Assembly: GCF_048593235.1 (NCBI RefSeq)
Contig: NC_133621.1
Span: 90,635,725-90,699,147, forward strand
DNA length: 63,423 bases
Origin: Sminthopsis crassicaudata
Taxonomy: Eukaryota
Direction of reading: 5' to 3'
Notes under the pieces: generated by a model
What the model saw: only the letters and a program-made list of their open reading frames with translations
What the model was told of the DNA's origin: nothing
Databases searched by the model: none
Part shown: in pieces, positions 11,809 to 24,500 of the stretch
Layout: each line of letters starts with the position of its first letter
Position numbering within the stretch: position 1 is the first letter of the stretch
Program-made: the position numbers and the translations under genes

Positions 11809-12373
11809 ATACTGGTTTTAAATTACTAGAATGTGCTCTGGCCCTCTAGGCTGAGGTCTCTTCAGGAAACTTAGGATGGGGCAGTGGAGGAAGTCCAGGC
11901 TGGTACGAACAAGACTGCCCTCTGCCCTGTCAAGTGTTCTTTAGTGGGGGACATGTAAGGTAGTGACCAAAGGCAAATCGGGGAGAAATTATAGGGCTAG
12001 ATCCTTTCTCTCCCACAATATAGACTATGGAGGAGGTAAAGGTGGGAGAAAGGACAGCCAACGGAACTCAACACATTGCAGAAACTCCCCAAGACCTCGG
12101 GCACGGACACTTGACTTTCGAAGATACTCATGAAAGTAGCTGGGAATGGAGAAGAGGGGAACAAAGGGAAGTAGGCAGGAGAACATGGAGGACAGAAGGT
12201 GGTAAGAGGCAAGTCAGGGAAGAAGGGGCAGGATAACGGGGTACCACAATGACCCCATCTCATGCCAATAGTGCTCCTATGGTTCTGATGGGGGGAAGGG
12301 AGGATGCCTGGCTAAGAAGAAGGAGGCTGGGCCCTAGCTCCTTTCCAACCCTCCAGCTGGCTCCAGCCCAGGG

Positions 12374-12379
12374 TTTATT
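12374..12379 (-). terminator. ABCB8: Likely ABCB8 polyadenylation signal (AATAAA)
   Basis: Canonical hexamer on the gene strand ~175 nt after the stop. Confidence 0.6.
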
Positions 12380-12552
12380 TTGAGTACAGCCATAACAGTA
12401 GCATCCTGTACTCCCTCCGCCCCTGCTGACAGTCCCCTTTTCCTATTACTCCTTTTCTGGGATTTCGTCACCACTTTGAACTCTGTTCTGAGTTCTGGAA
12501 CCTTGGGAGTGTTCAGGCTCCTGGGTCAGGTGGACCCCCAAGAGGCCAATTT

Positions 12553-15500
12553 TCAGAACCTAGGGCTGTAGTTTTTATAGCCTGGAGGCATTAAGGTCTG
12601 ACTTCTGATGAGCTCTGCATACAGCCCACCTCTCCTCATGAGCTCCGAGTGGGTTCCAATCTGAAAGAAGCAGAAATACAGAGGTGTATACAATAGGTCA
12701 CTCTGACCCCTAGTCTTGGGGCTCTGGGGAAGTAGACAACAAGCCACCCTCACTGGCCTTCAAAGTCTATTGACACTTGGGGACTCAAGACAATAAGCTT
12801 TCTGCTTGGAAGGGGTTGGGAAGGCAAAACAAAAGGATTACCTAAAGCAAACACTGAGTACTCATAATGATCCTGCAAGACGCCAAACCTAAAGAAAATC
12901 CAGAGTCTACCCACTATCTGCATGCACACACAGCATTCTCCTCCTCCAACCTTTGGACCTAACCTTCAGGCTCGGAGATTTGGCTCAAAGCAGAAATTCC
13001 TTCAAAGCCCTTTAAATTCTGTTAATCTTTCTCCTTTAAAAAAAAAAAGTATTAATTCCAAGGGCAGGAAGGGAAGGGAGTGGCTCAAGGCCAGCTTTTG
13101 GCTAGGAATGAATGGTCACTATTCCACTCCTGGCCCTGAGGCTTTGATTCTGTGTCCTCACTTAATACTTTTGGACTCCAGGTGGTCTTGGTATTTCCTA
13201 GACCTGGTGAGCTAGTGTGGAGAAAGTGAAAACATGATGAATTTGGGGTCAGAGGTCCAAGATTCCAAACTCTAGGAAAAATTACTTCATTATCTCCAGG
13301 CCTCAGTTTCCTCATCTGTAAAATCTGGGGAGCAGAGTGAGATAATCTCTTGCCAGCTCTGACTCTATGATGTCTGCTGCTATGGTTATCCTGATTCAGC
13401 ATCCCATTCCCATTATCTCCTCAGTCTTAAAGCCATCTCTGATAAACAAGAGCCATTTAAAAGGACTTCTAGATAGAAGTCACCTTGTGGGACACAGTGC
13501 ATTCTTCCTCCCACTGACCCACACCATAGTGGCAATCTCAAGGCCGTTATCTGTACTCTCGTCATCTGGTGTTCCCCTCGTCCCTACCCATTGCCAACTA
13601 CCGGAGGCGCAGCACTAGATTTCCAACTCTGGTTCTCCTGGGTCGGGGCCAAACTGGAGCCTCCAACACCTTCCCTCTGATTCTGTCCTTCCCTCCATCC
13701 TTCCCACACCAGCTCGAGGCTGACCTCCTTGATACATCCTTTAGACATCACAACGATCTGGTGGGCTGCCCGGACTGTGCTGAGGCGGTGGGCAATGACC
13801 AGCACGGTGCGGCCGGAGCTGGCTCGGTCCAGGGCCTCCTGAACGACTCGCTCTGACTCCCCATCCAGTGCACTCGTGGCCTCATCCAGGATCAGCACTT
13901 TGGGCTGCTTGATGAGAGCCCGGGCAATGGCCAAACGCTGCTTCTGGCCCCCTGAGAGGGTGACACCTCGTTCGCCTGTGGGATGGGAGGGAGGAGAGAG
14001 AAAGATCAAAAACATCAGTGGGCACAGTTTGTGACTGTCCCCCCATCAAAGACAGCCCATGAGGGAACTCCCTCCTTGGTGCTCTCCCCAATCAGACTGC
14101 CTTCCGGTTCTGTTACTGGTTTCAACAGCGACTAGTCCAAGGTGGGGCACCCTGTCATGTGTTTGTATAAACCTTCTGGTGATCTAATTCCAAAGAACTG
14201 TTCTGGTCCCAGACCTGCTCATGTTTCAGTTTTTATTTGGTTCTGAAATGTTCTGCCCTCTGCTTCATCTTCAGAGACATGAACCAAAAACTATGTAAGC
14301 TTCTTCATAATATCACATAATATAAAGAGATGTGAGTGAACACACACGCCCAGGGATATGCTAGTGCTGATGGCAAGATCAGTTTTACAATGGCTACAAG
14401 AAGACACCAAACTGGGTCTTGTCATTACTGGGCTCATGCCCCAAGAAGCTCAAAGACAGAAGGAAAGCCAAAATATCCTGTGGCAACATTTTTTGGTAAG
14501 AAAGCTTCCCAGTAATTAGGGAATGGCCAAACAAATTATGGTCTCCAAATAGAACAGAATGTTACTTAGTGGTGAGAAAAAAAGAATATGATGAACTTAA
14601 GAGAAACACAAAAGGCCTGTATGAACTGATGCAGAGGCACGAAGTTAATGAGAACAATATGTACATTGATTGCAATAACATAAATGAAAAATATTCTACA
14701 AAGAAGCTGAAAGGGGAGGACTTTTAATGATCAGTCTTAAACATGAAGAAGGGAGCAGGAATCCCATTTCACTCCTACTGATAGTTAAGTACTTTCACCG
14801 TGTCAGGCTTGGACACTGGATTAGCTCATTGGCTCTGTCTGATCTTTGTTACAAAGGAGGGAGGGCACACTGACTACACATATGTGTGTCAAGGGTATGT
14901 GTGTATGCAGGGGGAGGAAAGAAGCATCCAGAAATGGCTTTAATGTAAAAACAAAAGTTATCAATAAAAAAATCTTTTTAAAGATATAATAATAGTAGAG
15001 CTAAGCATGAGAAACAGTCCCGCGATTCCACTGACTTAAGGAGCTCACAGCGAGGAACTGGCAGAACAACTTCCCATGCAAGTCAGCACCTGCTCTGTAT
15101 CTTCTATCCTTAGAGCTATCTAGAGCGCTGGCAGGTAATTTGCTGGGGTCACAGTTAGTGTGTGAGGTCAGACTCAATCCCAGGTTTTTCTGGCCCCAAA
15201 GCCAGCTCTTAATCCACTATTTCTCTATCCATAAAAAATAAAACGAAAATTATGTAGTATTTATGCAGCAGGTTAAGTCTGTGAAATACTTGACGGAGGT
15301 TGGCTCATTTGAACCTCGTAACAATTCTAACAGAATAGGCATTAGGCCCAGTGGTCAGGTAGTCCTCCAGCTGCCAAGCTTCAGCAGCGAGTCTCAAACC
15401 CTGGACTTCCTGCACTGTGTAAACCTGCTGCAGCACTGGTAACCCTCCCTCATGATACTAGGCGTCAAGGATGAACTGCAACATCCTCAGGCAAAACTGA

Positions 15501-18500
15501 AAGAAACAAGCTTTAGTCCCATAGATGAGCACAAAGAGATCTTGTTAAGCATGGGCCGGGATGTACTGACGTGGGAAGCTCTGTTGGTCCCCACAACCTT
15601 GGGGGATTAGGGAAAGGAGGAAGAAAGCTCCTGAAAATTCCACTTGTTCCATCAGTAAGCAAGGCCGCTCCTCTCCTCTAGATAAACAGACCAAAAAAAC
15701 TGAAGTAGAGGGAGACCTTCAAAGAAGGTTCAGAGGACTTCTGCAAAAAATGGACATCAAATTAGGACTTAAAAAATGAGGTTACTGAGCTTGAAGTCAG
15801 GGAGACTAAAAGATTAAAGGCAGTTTGGGAAGACAACTGGAACCACTACAAGAATTTAGATGGGACCCTCATCCCACCAGAAGACAAGGCCAAAGAGCTG
15901 AAACAAGATTGGGAAGGGACTGAGAAAAGACTTTGGGAAAGATGTCCTGATGGACTGAAAGCAACAAGAGCCACTCTGGGGATGATGAAAGACTTGAAAT
16001 GTTTCCCTCTACTTCTGTCTGAAAGGATTTGACCACTCAACTTACATAAGATTTACTTTTTTTTTTTTTTTAAATGCAGTGCTATGGCATGGCTTCTTCA
16101 ATAATAGCCTTGCATAGCTTGGGATTCATTTGGCCCCTTTGAGCTTTTCCCAATATAGCAACTCATAGGTCAGCTGCCATCTGTGGTAGAATTAAGATTT
16201 TCCTCTTCAGATATTCTCTTCCCTTGAGATTTGCCCTTCAAATCTCTTCACACTGTTTTGGGACTGGCAATGTGACCACCGAAATAGGAGGGTGTCTGTG
16301 TCCAAGCAAGGGAGCTGGGTAAGGTCTCACTTACCCACAACGGTGTCATAGCCCTCAGGGAAACTGCAAATGAAATTATGGGCATTAGCCTCCTGGGCAG
16401 CTGCATAGACTTCTTCATCGGAGGCATCTAGCTTTCCTAGGCGGATGTTCTCCATGATGGTTGTGCCAAAAAGGACGGGCTCCTAGAGGAGGATGAAGGA
16501 TCAATGAGTTTACCACCATCTTTCCCTCTTCAAGACTCACCCAATCCTGCCTTTCTAGCTCCTCAACCTCCAAGTTTCCCTAGAATTGTTGAGGTTGTCA
16601 CAGCCAGTAAAGGGAACATACTATGGCTAAGATAGGATGCAGGAAACCCAGAGATAGCAATTTTGGGAAGAAAGAAGACAGTGTCAGAATTGTAAAGGTC
16701 TGGAGGTGGAAAAAGAAGTATTTGGAAAACGATGGGGTAGAGGAATGGCCTATAAAGGTTTGGTAAGGGTTACTAGGTGGGAATGGGGACAGAGTAAGGC
16801 CACATGGCCTTGCAAATTCAATTGCATGATCCTTTCTGCCTGTCTGTCTTTTCTGGGGCTCTTACTAATGGGCTGCCAGGCAGCTCTTCACCAGAGAATC
16901 ACATACAAGATACCAGGATGAGAAAACTCCATGCTCTGATGCTAGCAGTTTAAAACCAAACCAGTGCCCTGTGGACATGAGCAGGAAGGAGACTTTGGGA
17001 ACAAGGCTAAGGCCTTGAATGGTAAGTTAATAGCAAATATAGGCTAAGAGTATGGAGCAGGGGCAAGTCCCAGATGCAGAAATTTCCTCTCCCAATGCAG
17101 GTGGGTAGCTCCTCTGTGACTTATCATCCTAGAGAATTGCCTAAATGATGGTGTCAAATATGTGGCCTACCCCACAGCCCCCAAATGCCGCTCTGCCCAA
17201 ACCAGATCAAGATGTAATTGGGAAATAGTCCACAAAATAAATGCAACATATTTTTATGACTATGTAATTTTTAAAGTCAATATGTGGCTTGTAGGGATCC
17301 TTCTATCTGCTTTAGTGGCCCTTATTTCTAGCTGAATTTGACACCATTGGTCTAGAGCACCGAGAGTTTAAGTGGTTTGCCCAGAATCACACAGCATATA
17401 TGTCAGGGCAGGACTTGAGTGAAATACAATTCACAGTTATAACATAGCTTTTTCAAAACTTCTGTGCAGAACTGGCTATTTTGTGATATAATTTCAAGGG
17501 GCCCAGAAAGCCTTCCTTTCCTGCAAAACACTTGTTCCCCACAGACTGAATGAGATGAAACTTTTCATTTCACAATGAGAAAACTGAACATACCTATAGT
17601 GTTGGGAGAGAGAACACAGGGGTTTCATTTGCTTTAAGAGGTTAAGTGACTGAACCTGAGGTTTCCCTGAGAACATTTAGGCAACATCACCTACATTCAG
17701 GGATGGGGGAGGGCAAAAAGACTGCAGAAGGAAGAGACTAACCAAACCAAGATTTTGCACTTTGGGGAGCGGCCCATCTCGCTATTGGGGCCACAGCCGA
17801 GAACTACTTGCTTCCACCCCACACCCCAGGTTCTTACTCTCAGCCCTACTGCTTATCCTCCCTTTCACCTGGCTTATGAAGCCAATGACTTCACCCCGGA
17901 GCCAAGAGGGGTCCAGGTTTCGAAGATCCTGCCCATCCAAGCACACCATTCCTTCGGTGGGATCATAGAACCGCTCAAGCAGTGCAGCCACTGTAGACTT
18001 TCCTGGAGAGAGAGAGAGGTGTCAGGAAAGAGACCAGGACTTCAGAAGGCCCTTCTTGGAAAGACGTGGATACAAAGAGAGCCATGGAGCCCCGTGTCTC
18101 AGGAGGAGGATGCGGGACACCACATTCTGCCCTCCTGGAGAAGTTTCAGGATGGCTTGGGGACAAGGATCTACTCACCTCCCCCAGACTGTCCCACCAGG
18201 GCCACTATCTTTCCAGGAGGCAGTCTCAGATTGAAGTTCTTGAGTACTGGGAAACATGGCCGGCTGGGATAGCTAGAAGAAGGGCATGTCAGAGAAAAGT
18301 CTAAGATAGGCAGGGACTCAAGAATTGCCTTGAAAACCCTCATCAGTTTTAGGAAGCAGAGACTAGCGATGGAAACAATATTTCTTTCTTCTTCCAGTAC
18401 CTCGTGCTATTCAAGGGGCTTAAAGGGATGCAGAAAATAATCTCTTTTACCAAAAAATCACCATGAAGAACTGAACCTCTTACTCCCCTATTAAAAGAGT

Positions 18501-21500
18501 CCCTTCTAAGAGAAGCTCTGCATGGAAAAGACCTCACCCATTGACCACTTCCCCATCCCCAGCCACAAGTGTCCCCTGTGCTGACCTGAAGCAGACATTG
18601 TGAAAACTGACAGCGCCTTGGAGCTCAGCGTGTGGAATGCAGTGCCCCCCTTGTATTGGAATGTCGGGGATCACAGACATATACTCAAAGACCCGGGCCC
18701 CAGCACTAAGCCCTCGAACCACCTAGAGGAAGAGACCAGGAGATGGGGGTGGGCAGGGGCCACCAAATTCAGGACCCATAATTCATACCACACCTGGCAG
18801 TGACAGGGAGGAGGATGCCGGTGCTGGGGGTTATGGGGCTAAGTACAGTTAAGGGGAGGGGCCCCAACAGATAAGTCTTCGTGTAAACCCAGAACTTGTG
18901 CCACTGATGGAGAAAAAGAGCCCTGAGATTTCATGGAAGAGAATGTGCAAGAGTGGGCATGCAAAGTGAAATCTGGGCAGAAAAAAAGAGGCAAGGGGTC
19001 CATATTACTTCCATACCTCTGCGATTTCAAAGAGATTTTTTTTTGGGGGGGAGGGAGGGTCTAAAAGATTACTTTAGTTAACATAGGGGTTCCTTACTTT
19101 TCCCAGCAGACCAGTGAGTCCCCCCCCATGCCAGAGCTTTTCAGAAATAATCCAAGCTTTGCAGCATTCAATGATAACCTTACATCTGAATACCTCTGTG
19201 ACCCCACTTCAACTCACCTGACCAAACAGAACAGAGAGGTTGGCCATGGATCTGAAGGGAGAGAAAGAGAAATAGAGAGTGGCTATGAGGTTGGACATTT
19301 ATCACATCTACGTGCCAGGCATTGTGCTAAATGCTTTAATGGTTAGTATCCCATTTGATCTTTACAACAATCCTTGGAAGTCAATACTCTTATTATCCCC
19401 ATTTTACAGATGAGGAAATTGAGGCAAACCGAAGTCTAATACTTTGCCCATGGTCTCACAGGTAGTGAGTTTCCGACGCAAAGTTAGGTCTTCCTAACTC
19501 TAAGCTCAATGCTCTCTTCCTTGTACCACCTAGCTGTTTCACAAAGAGCCAAGGCAAAGAACAAGAGGATAAACACCAATCAGAGAATTTCAGCTGTTGT
19601 CTGGACTGCAGAGAGGAAGGGTTAAAAACTGAAAAGAAAATAATCGTAAGACAAAGGCAAAAATTTTAAGAAAGGGAAAGGAACAGGTATTAGGATGCCC
19701 TCCAAATAGGCCCCATGATTTTGCTCTGTCCTGTGTTTTGCCTACTGTTGTGTGCTTCTTTCCATATCACCTGGGCACTGAAAAGTTAGGACACAGAGGT
19801 TGTAAGCTAGAAGCTATATATTAGGGGGAAAGAGGAAATGGGGAGGAAATGAGTAAAACTGACCCAATAGGTAGAGGGGTGGGGATATTAAGGAGCAGGA
19901 GTAGGAGGTTCACTTGGCTATGTGAGTGGGAGGTGGTAAACAATTAGTCATAAATCAGTAGTCACTCTGGATAAGAATACGTGTGTTCCTATTCATGAAG
20001 AATGTCAGGTCCAAATTTCCAAGAGAAGGCTGACTTCATTACTGGCAGAGAGATAGGTGATTTTTCCATAGGAGGGGAAAGCTGGAAAAATGGCTCTGAA
20101 ATAGGCTAGACAGACAACTTGTCCATGTTTCAGCTGGTCATGGGAAGAGAACAGCGGTAAGGGTCCTTGAAAGAGGTCAGGCAAGTGCAATTGAGATTGA
20201 GAAAGTAGGCCAATAGTGTCTGAGGTCTCCAGATGTGATTGGAGTTGAATACAAAGGGACTTCCTTCATGGGTGGGACCTCCAGCCATGGCGGGAATCCT
20301 AAAATCTCACTCTGAAATCGAGTCAGGAACAAGATGTAAAATCTCCATCATTGAATGGCTTGTGCCTGTGACCTCCTAGACCCTATATAAGCTCAGAGGA
20401 GGAAGGACTTGACCTCTATCCACCTGGAGTTCGACCCTGGGGAGCGATACCGAGATAGTGCAGGAGCGATACCTCATAGAGTGAGGTATAAACTACATGA
20501 TAAAGTCTAAGCTTGTGTGCCAAAACTCTCAGGTGCTTTGTTGTGCTCAAACTGCGTCCATATGAAATAGCAGCTGGAGGACTTCTGAGAACCTCAAAAC
20601 AGAGGTAAGACATTATATTTATCAGAGTTTCTCTGCTCAGACTTGGGAATTAGGATTGATTAGCGACAGTTGAGTGCGAGAGCCGCACTTAACAGCTTTC
20701 TTGAATAAATGAGGAAAATTTGGGGTTGGGGGAATGAGGGAGAAGATTAAGGAAGAAAAAGAATGTCTTTCAGACTATTAGGGACTTGGCAAAGGGCTCT
20801 TGTGTCCTTAGCATCTCAATGAAAGACTCAGCTTCTCTAATAAACTAATTGAGAGATAGGAAATATCCCACTGCTACCCAGCAGGGGGAGTAAGCTTCCC
20901 GCTGCCAGTCCCGTAGCCTCATTCATTCAACAGAGTTAATATCTTCTTGTGCCTGCACCCAGAAGGCTCTAGAGGGGAAAGTAAGGCAGGTGACCTGGCC
21001 CAGCCCTCCCTCCCTTCAATCCAATTCACCTGCATGTCATGGCATCTCCTTCCCAATGTCATGGAGGACACAGATACAAAGCCTCAGTGCATCCTTTTAG
21101 AAGGTGGAGTTAAGAGGAAACTCCTCAGTCCCGCTCCTCCAGCCAAGACCCCAGTTCTGTGTTCCCCTTACCCGGCCTCTATGAGCCTCTCTATGGTTCC
21201 ATCCTTCTCTCCTTGCACCAGTCTACTTAAGAGGAGGCCCATGGGTGTGCTAGGTGGCCCCTTTCCACCACCAACTCTCACCGGCTCTCAAAGTCTGTTT
21301 CCTGGGACTCCCTTTTGGTCTGTCTGGAGTGTTTCAATGATGGCTGGGAGGGTGACTAAAGGGAAGTAACCTGTGCTAGGACCCCAGTTCTGTCCATGAT
21401 ATCCAAGTACTGTACAGCCCCATGGAGATCAGAAACAGAGCAGGTGTAAGGAAATCAAGAACTCTAGAAGTCATTAGTGTCTAGAGTGCTGGGGAGAATA

Positions 21501-24500
21501 AGCAAGTCCTGGAAACGTGAGTCAATTTACTGCATTCAGCCATCTAACGCTTCTTCACTGTTCTGAGCCTTGGAAGAAGTATGTGAGGAAAAGAAAGAAG
21601 ATGTGTGTGAGGGGGGACGATGAGGGACAGGAGGGAAATACAAACAGGCTGAGTTGGGGAGATCAGGGGAAAAACAAGTCTTTTGAATGCATGTTTTTGG
21701 TAGGTTCCATTTTAAAGGAGATAACAAAGACAATGGAGTTTATCTGAATGGGGAGGATCAGGATAAGTCTAGAAACCATGACACACAGAAGATAAAGGAA
21801 CTGATTATTTCCTGGAGAAAAAACAACCTGTGGGGACACAACTGGTGGCTTTATATAGTTGATGATTACAAAAAAGGAGAATGATGTTGTTCTGTGTTAC
21901 TGTGGGTGGCGAAGTTGTGGGATTATTGGGTAGACATCAGAAAGAGTTGGTCTTGGGATCAACGTGAGGAAGAAATGTCCAACAATAAAACAGATCATCT
22001 AAAATGCCGTGATCTTTCCAGCCCTGGAGGGACTTACACAGAGGTTGTTTCTGCCCTGAATGAGAGGCTAGATTAGAAGAGTTTTATGATTCTGCCTGGA
22101 TAGGGCCTAGGTGGGAGCTCTTCTGGAAAAAACTTGGGCTGCCCAGCTGAAGAGGAGTACATGGCACTAACACAGTAAACTACAGCAAGACCCAGCTGGC
22201 TCTAAAAGGCCAATGGCATGCAATGGATGTGTGTGCGCCTGGCACCTGACCAAACAGCAGAGGCTCTGGGCATCCATTTTCCCAAGGCCCGCGCCCCCGC
22301 CCACCCTCACTTACCTCTGCACGGTCTGGGATGCCACCAGGAAAGACATGAGGTCCCCGCCTGACAGCTCTTGTCCCGCCACCAGGGAGCCTCCTATGAA
22401 CAGCGTGCCTAGAACCATGCCTGCATGGGGAACATGGGGGGAGAGGTCACCAGGGTGGGGGCCAGGGAGCTCTGGGCTCTGCTCCTAATTTGGGGCAAGT
22501 GATCCGTCTTGATCGGATCTCGGTTCCCTTATCCGTTACACAAGGAACATCGAAAGTTCTCTGATCCTATGAGTAAAGAGACTCTGCCTCTGGATGCCCC
22601 CAGCCCCCCTGCTTCTGATGGTTCTGGGACCACCCCACGCCTACTCCTGCCCTTAAGGCGACACTCACAGTTGAGAGCGATGTTGGAGAGCCCCTGGAAG
22701 ATGGCGATGCCTCTGCCCAGTTTCTCCGACAGCTGGCATGACTTCTCCAGCTCCTCTCCATAGTGCCTGCCATGGGGCCCAATGCCAGGTGTTGAGGGAA
22801 GCCGCCCGCCCCCTCCGCCCGCCCCGTCCCCCACCTCTCCAGGACTCACTGTTCCTCCTGTGGCTCCATGGCAAAGGCTCTCACGGTCCGCACGTTCCCC
22901 AGGGCTTCATCCGCCACACCTGTTGCCCTAGAGATCTGCAGGGGACCCAGGAATTAGCAAATGTGGGGTGCCTAATATTTAAAGTGGGCTAGCGGGGAGG
23001 CCAAAGGTAAAGGAAGCCGGGGAGGAATGGAAGTTAGGGTCAGGGAGAGCGAGGGCGGCGCTGGTACCTGCTCCTGAGCCTGTCGAGAGAGCTTGCGGAG
23101 AAGGGCGCCCAGCAGGGAACCCGCCCCAACCAGGACCGGCGTGACCATTAACAATATAACCGTGAGACGTGGGGACAGCACGCTCAGGGACACCAGGCAG
23201 CCCGCCATCTGGGTACAGCTGCGGAGGCCCTGGAGGGAAAGGAGAGAACGACTGGAATCAGGGCCACCCGCCAACAGTCTTTATCAGGTCAAGGGTCGGC
23301 TGGCCCGAGGAGCTGATCAGAATGCTGCTCCCAAAGACAGGCCACGAGTCCCTGCGATGGCCAATTAGTTACGCTTCTCCAGCTGCCCAGGCCTGAGCTG
23401 CACCTGAAATTCTCTGCCAGCTCTCCCGCAGTCATCTGCCACTGGGCAGAGGAACTTGTTGATGGGTATGCAAGAATACAGATAAAGTGGTGAAAAGCAG
23501 CCCCCTAAATGAGAAAATGACCCCATGTACAGTCTATGAAAAGGGGTTCAGCCAAATCCACATCCCATTCGATTGCCAGCCCACATTTCCCATGTCCCTT
23601 TCTGAGGGGCTAGCCACCAGACCAGGCCGTGGCCCTGCTACAGAGCAGCGGCCCTCAGGAGCTCAGTCTATGGAGTCCCACAGAGCTAGGGATCAGGAGA
23701 TCCCTGACCTGCTAGGTCTATAGAAGGGAGAGGGTGGGGACAATCAGCAGAAGCTCTTGTTGCAGAAGGGCAGGGGCGAAGAAAGCCAGTCCTATCTGTC
23801 CCACCCGGGAGATTTCCTGGTGGTGGGATTTCAGAAGCAGTGAGGAGGAGTGTCCATATCCCTCAGTCTGTCTTTATTTCTGGTCTCCCCCCTTTCCTTC
23901 CCCCCAGGTGATGTTACCAGCTCACCCCTAGATCTGCCTAGAGTCTCCCTAAAAAAGGGCAACCAGGAGCCCCCTGACCTGGGAGATGACAAGTTTGAAG
24001 GACGACTTGAATTCTTGCACATCAGCTGTTAGTCGTGCCACCAACTGCCCTGTCTTTTTGGTGTCAAAGAAGCCAATGTCCTGTCTGGAGGAAGGAGGGT
24101 GGGGTCACCCAGATGATCACATCCCACACTGATGTCCCAAAGCACAGACCCGGGGCTGGGCTCCATGAGCAGCAGGGTACTTGTGCTCTCTTTTAAGGGA
24201 CTGATGAGGGACACCAGTACCAGGGCTGGAAGGGGGATAGATGAAGAGATCCTAAAGCAGGAAAGGATTCAAGAGGTCTCTTAGCTTGTTTGTTCCATCT
24301 CAAGAAAGGGAAAGTTTTTATTTTAGACATGAGGCAACTGAAGCAAAGGGAAAGATTATATAATTTAATCAAGACCATGTAGCTAATAATACATGCCAGA
24401 GGCGGAATTAAAGCCCTGCTCTTCTGGATCCCAGTATGCTCTTTCCAGGTCATGATACCTCTCATGTCTATAGTCTTGAGGAACTGTCTCTTTGGGCCAG

